Shown: positions 7,132-8,963 of the stretch, piece by piece | How positions within the stretch are numbered: the first letter of the stretch is position 1 | Layout: each line of letters starts with the position of its first letter | NCBI RefSeq assembly: GCF_006345805.1 | Contig: NW_021828193.1 | Coordinates: forward strand, 1-8,963 | Origin: Octopus sinensis | Taxonomy: Eukaryota | DNA length: 8,963 bases | Reading direction: 5' to 3' | The notes under the pieces: model-generated | Databases searched by the model: none | Seen by the model: the letters and a program-made list of their open reading frames with translations, nothing else | Told to the model about the DNA's origin: nothing | Position numbers and translations under genes: made by a program

Positions 7132-7402
7132 TATGTAAGTATTCTTGTACGTATATGTGTATGTATGTAGTGTATATATGTCTGTGTGTATATATGTATG
7201 TATTGTTGTATGTATCTATACACGTATATCCGTATGTATATATGTAGGCATTTACGTGCATATGTATGCATTGTTGTATGTATGTATGTAAGTATTATTG
7301 TATATATATATCTGTATTTATGTGTGTATGTATTCTTGTGTGTAAGTATGGATGAATTGGATGTTTGTACGTATGTATGCATTGTATGTATGTGTGTATG
7401 TA
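7132..7402. repeat. Degenerate (GTAT)n with recurring ATTNTTG spacers (right of MITE)
   Basis: Directly visible. Confidence 0.9.
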
Positions 7403-7515
7403 TGTCATTGTTCACTTTATTCCAAGATTTCTTGCCACTAGAGAAAGAACCGGTTTCTAACCTAGATTCAAAGCTCCTTCATTGGAATTTCAGCATCAAC
7501 AACAGGATATTTTTG
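7403..7515 (-). mobile_element. 3'-UTR-only fragment of the RLE (R4/Dong-like) LINE, copy B
   Basis: 7450-7488 matches 7837-7875 at 30/39 ungapped (minus strand ATTCCAAtGAaggAGcTTTGaATCTagGTTAGAAACCgG); flanked on both sides by (TACA)n. Confidence 0.6.
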
Positions 7516-7518
7516 TTT

Positions 7519-7789
7519 GTATGTATGTATGTATGTATGTATGTATGTATGTATGTATGTATGCATGTATGCATGTATGCATGTATGCATTTATGTATGC
7601 ATGTATGTATGCATGCATGTATGTATGTGCAGATTTGTTTTGCATATATGTATGCATGTGTGTACGTATGTATTTATGTATGTATGTGCAGATTTGTGTG
7701 TTTTTTTATATGAATATACGTATTATGTATGCATGTGTGTATGTATGTACGTATGCATGTATATATGTATACATGTGTATATTTATGTA
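7519..7789. repeat. (GTAT)11 then degenerate (GTAT/GCAT)n
   Basis: Directly visible; pure tract at 7519-7563. Confidence 0.95.
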
Positions 7790-8140
7790 CGTTCTCTTCT
7801 ATTTTGATTATTTGAAGTCTTCTTGTAAGGAAGTAGCTGGTTTCTAACAGAGATACAAAACTTTATCTTTGGAATGAAGACAACAAAAATAACGCCACGT
7901 TTTGGACTTCAGAACAGTATTGCATATTTTCATAGTTCCATACTAAGACTGCATTTGTAATGCGCATGCTAGCTCGTTGAGTTTTTTCTTCCATGAAATT
8001 TCTTGCTTTTTCCGGATTGTCGATTATACATTTACAACCAAGACCAAGTGCACCAACCATTATTGTTATAAATACGAATTTATATGTTATAAAGTTGAAG
8101 GTTTCGAATCATTTATCAATAGTTATCCGTTGTTATCCGA
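7790..8140 (-). mobile_element. 5'-truncated, frameshifted 3' end of an RLE-type non-LTR retrotransposon (R4/Dong-like), copy A
   Basis: Three minus-strand frames give MIRNLQLY / TYKFVFITIMVGALG..CKCIIDNPEK / LQMQS*YGTMKICNTVLK. This resembles the conserved C-terminal end of RLE-encoding elements (..IRNLQxLY..YKFxFIPIIxGALG..LQ..GTVKICK.., recalled pattern). A 3' UTR homologous to copy B follows. Confidence 0.7.
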
Positions 8141-8150
8141 ACGTACGAAC

Positions 8151-8216
8151 GTATGTATGTATGTATGTATGTATGTATGTATGTATGTATGTATGTATGT
8201 ATGTATGTATGTATGT
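8151..8216. repeat. Pure (GTAT)16.5 microsatellite
   Basis: Directly visible. Confidence 0.98.
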
Positions 8217-8217
8217 T

Positions 8218-8333
8218 GAGGCGCGTGGCTTTGTGGCTAAGGTGTCAACATCATGATCGTAAGATTGTGGTTTCGATTCCTGGACCGGGCGACGCATTGT
8301 GTTCTTGAGCAAAACACTTCACTTCTCGTTGCT
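8218..8333 (+). mobile_element. tRNA-derived SINE (family B) head plus start of CORE-like body, 3'-truncated
   Basis: A-box TGGCTTTGTGG at 8226-8236, B-box GTTTCGATTCC at 8270-8280, then TGTGTTCTTGAGCAAAACACTT; 41/50 match to the inverted copy at 6204-6253. Confidence 0.85.
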
Positions 8334-8406
8334 GTGGTATCGAGTCGTTTACTTTAAACTGCTATTCTCATAGAATTTTAAAAACACGTATATTTTTAAA
8401 CAATAG

Positions 8407-8574
8407 ACACACACACACACATATATATAATATCTATATATATATATATATATATAATATATATTATATATATATATATATTAACAAGAGATATGCGTAT
8501 ATACATATAATATATAGCAACGATAAAACTCGCTTGCCACAGGTGATGATATATTAATAATACCATCCCTTCTT

Positions 8575-8615
<41 letters not shown>

Positions 8616-8835
8616 CGAGAGATAATGCATATATGTATTGTGCATATATATTATATATACATGAATATACATATGCATACCTGCATATATATATATATAT
8701 TACATAGAGCCATTGCACATATAAACACACACACACATTGACATACACATGCAAATATAAAATACTCGTCAAACTTCCATACACACACACACACACACAC
8801 ATGTGTGTGTACATATGCAGCTATCTATCTATCTT
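8407..8835. repeat. Compound (CA)n/(TA)n/(CTAT)n microsatellites with a unique interruption at about 8483-8576
   Basis: Directly visible. Confidence 0.93.
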
Positions 8836-8963
8836 TCTATGACATATATCATAAACCACTATCTTTGGACATATCACAGTGTTGGATCACTAATGTTCGA
8901 TCTGTTATATGATATGTTGCCATGAGAGATGAACATTGTCAATATATGCCCATAATCTGATAC

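Noticed and set aside
6500-7847. ORFs of MYVC/HTYI repeats
   Set aside because: Translations of (GTAT)n arrays.
7863-8060. 65-aa ORF as an independent small gene
   Set aside because: Better explained as one frame of the frameshifted RLE-LINE remnant; homologous sequence continues in other frames on both sides.
8218-8290. tRNA gene (likewise 4982-5050)
   Set aside because: A and B boxes are present but I could not fold a cloverleaf, and the sequence runs directly into a SINE body shared with another copy.
1-8963. CRISPR array, operon or prokaryotic defence system
   Set aside because: No regularly spaced repeat-spacer units and no gene-dense coding sequence; the window is eukaryotic repeat-rich DNA.

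Overview
AT-rich, microsatellite-dense eukaryotic non-coding DNA, probably intronic or intergenic. The SINE families resemble ones I recall from Octopus (coleoid cephalopod); this is recollection, not a database result. No complete protein-coding gene is supported, and most track ORFs are translations of (TA)n/(CA)n/(TACA)n repeats. Between the microsatellites lie many mobile-element pieces: (1) a 5'-truncated CR1-group LINE 3' end with an uninterrupted ORF2 C-terminus (3511-3918); (2) two co-oriented 3' fragments of an R4/Dong-like restriction-like-endonuclease (RLE) LINE, each embedded in (TACA)n (7403-7515, 7790-8140); (3) several tRNA-derived SINE copies from two families; (4) a 377-bp Tc1/mariner-type MITE with 26-bp TIRs and TA flanks (6755-7131); (5) a 119-bp fold-back palindrome (5288-5406); (6) three minus-strand minimal hammerhead-ribozyme motifs of the kind found in Penelope-like elements, one with an intact core (4141-4183). 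A possible + strand 33/24-nt microexon lies at 2616/2625-2648. I see no evidence of a wholly new gene system; the best leads are the ribozyme-bearing small elements, the fold-back element and the apparently (TACA)n-targeting LINE.
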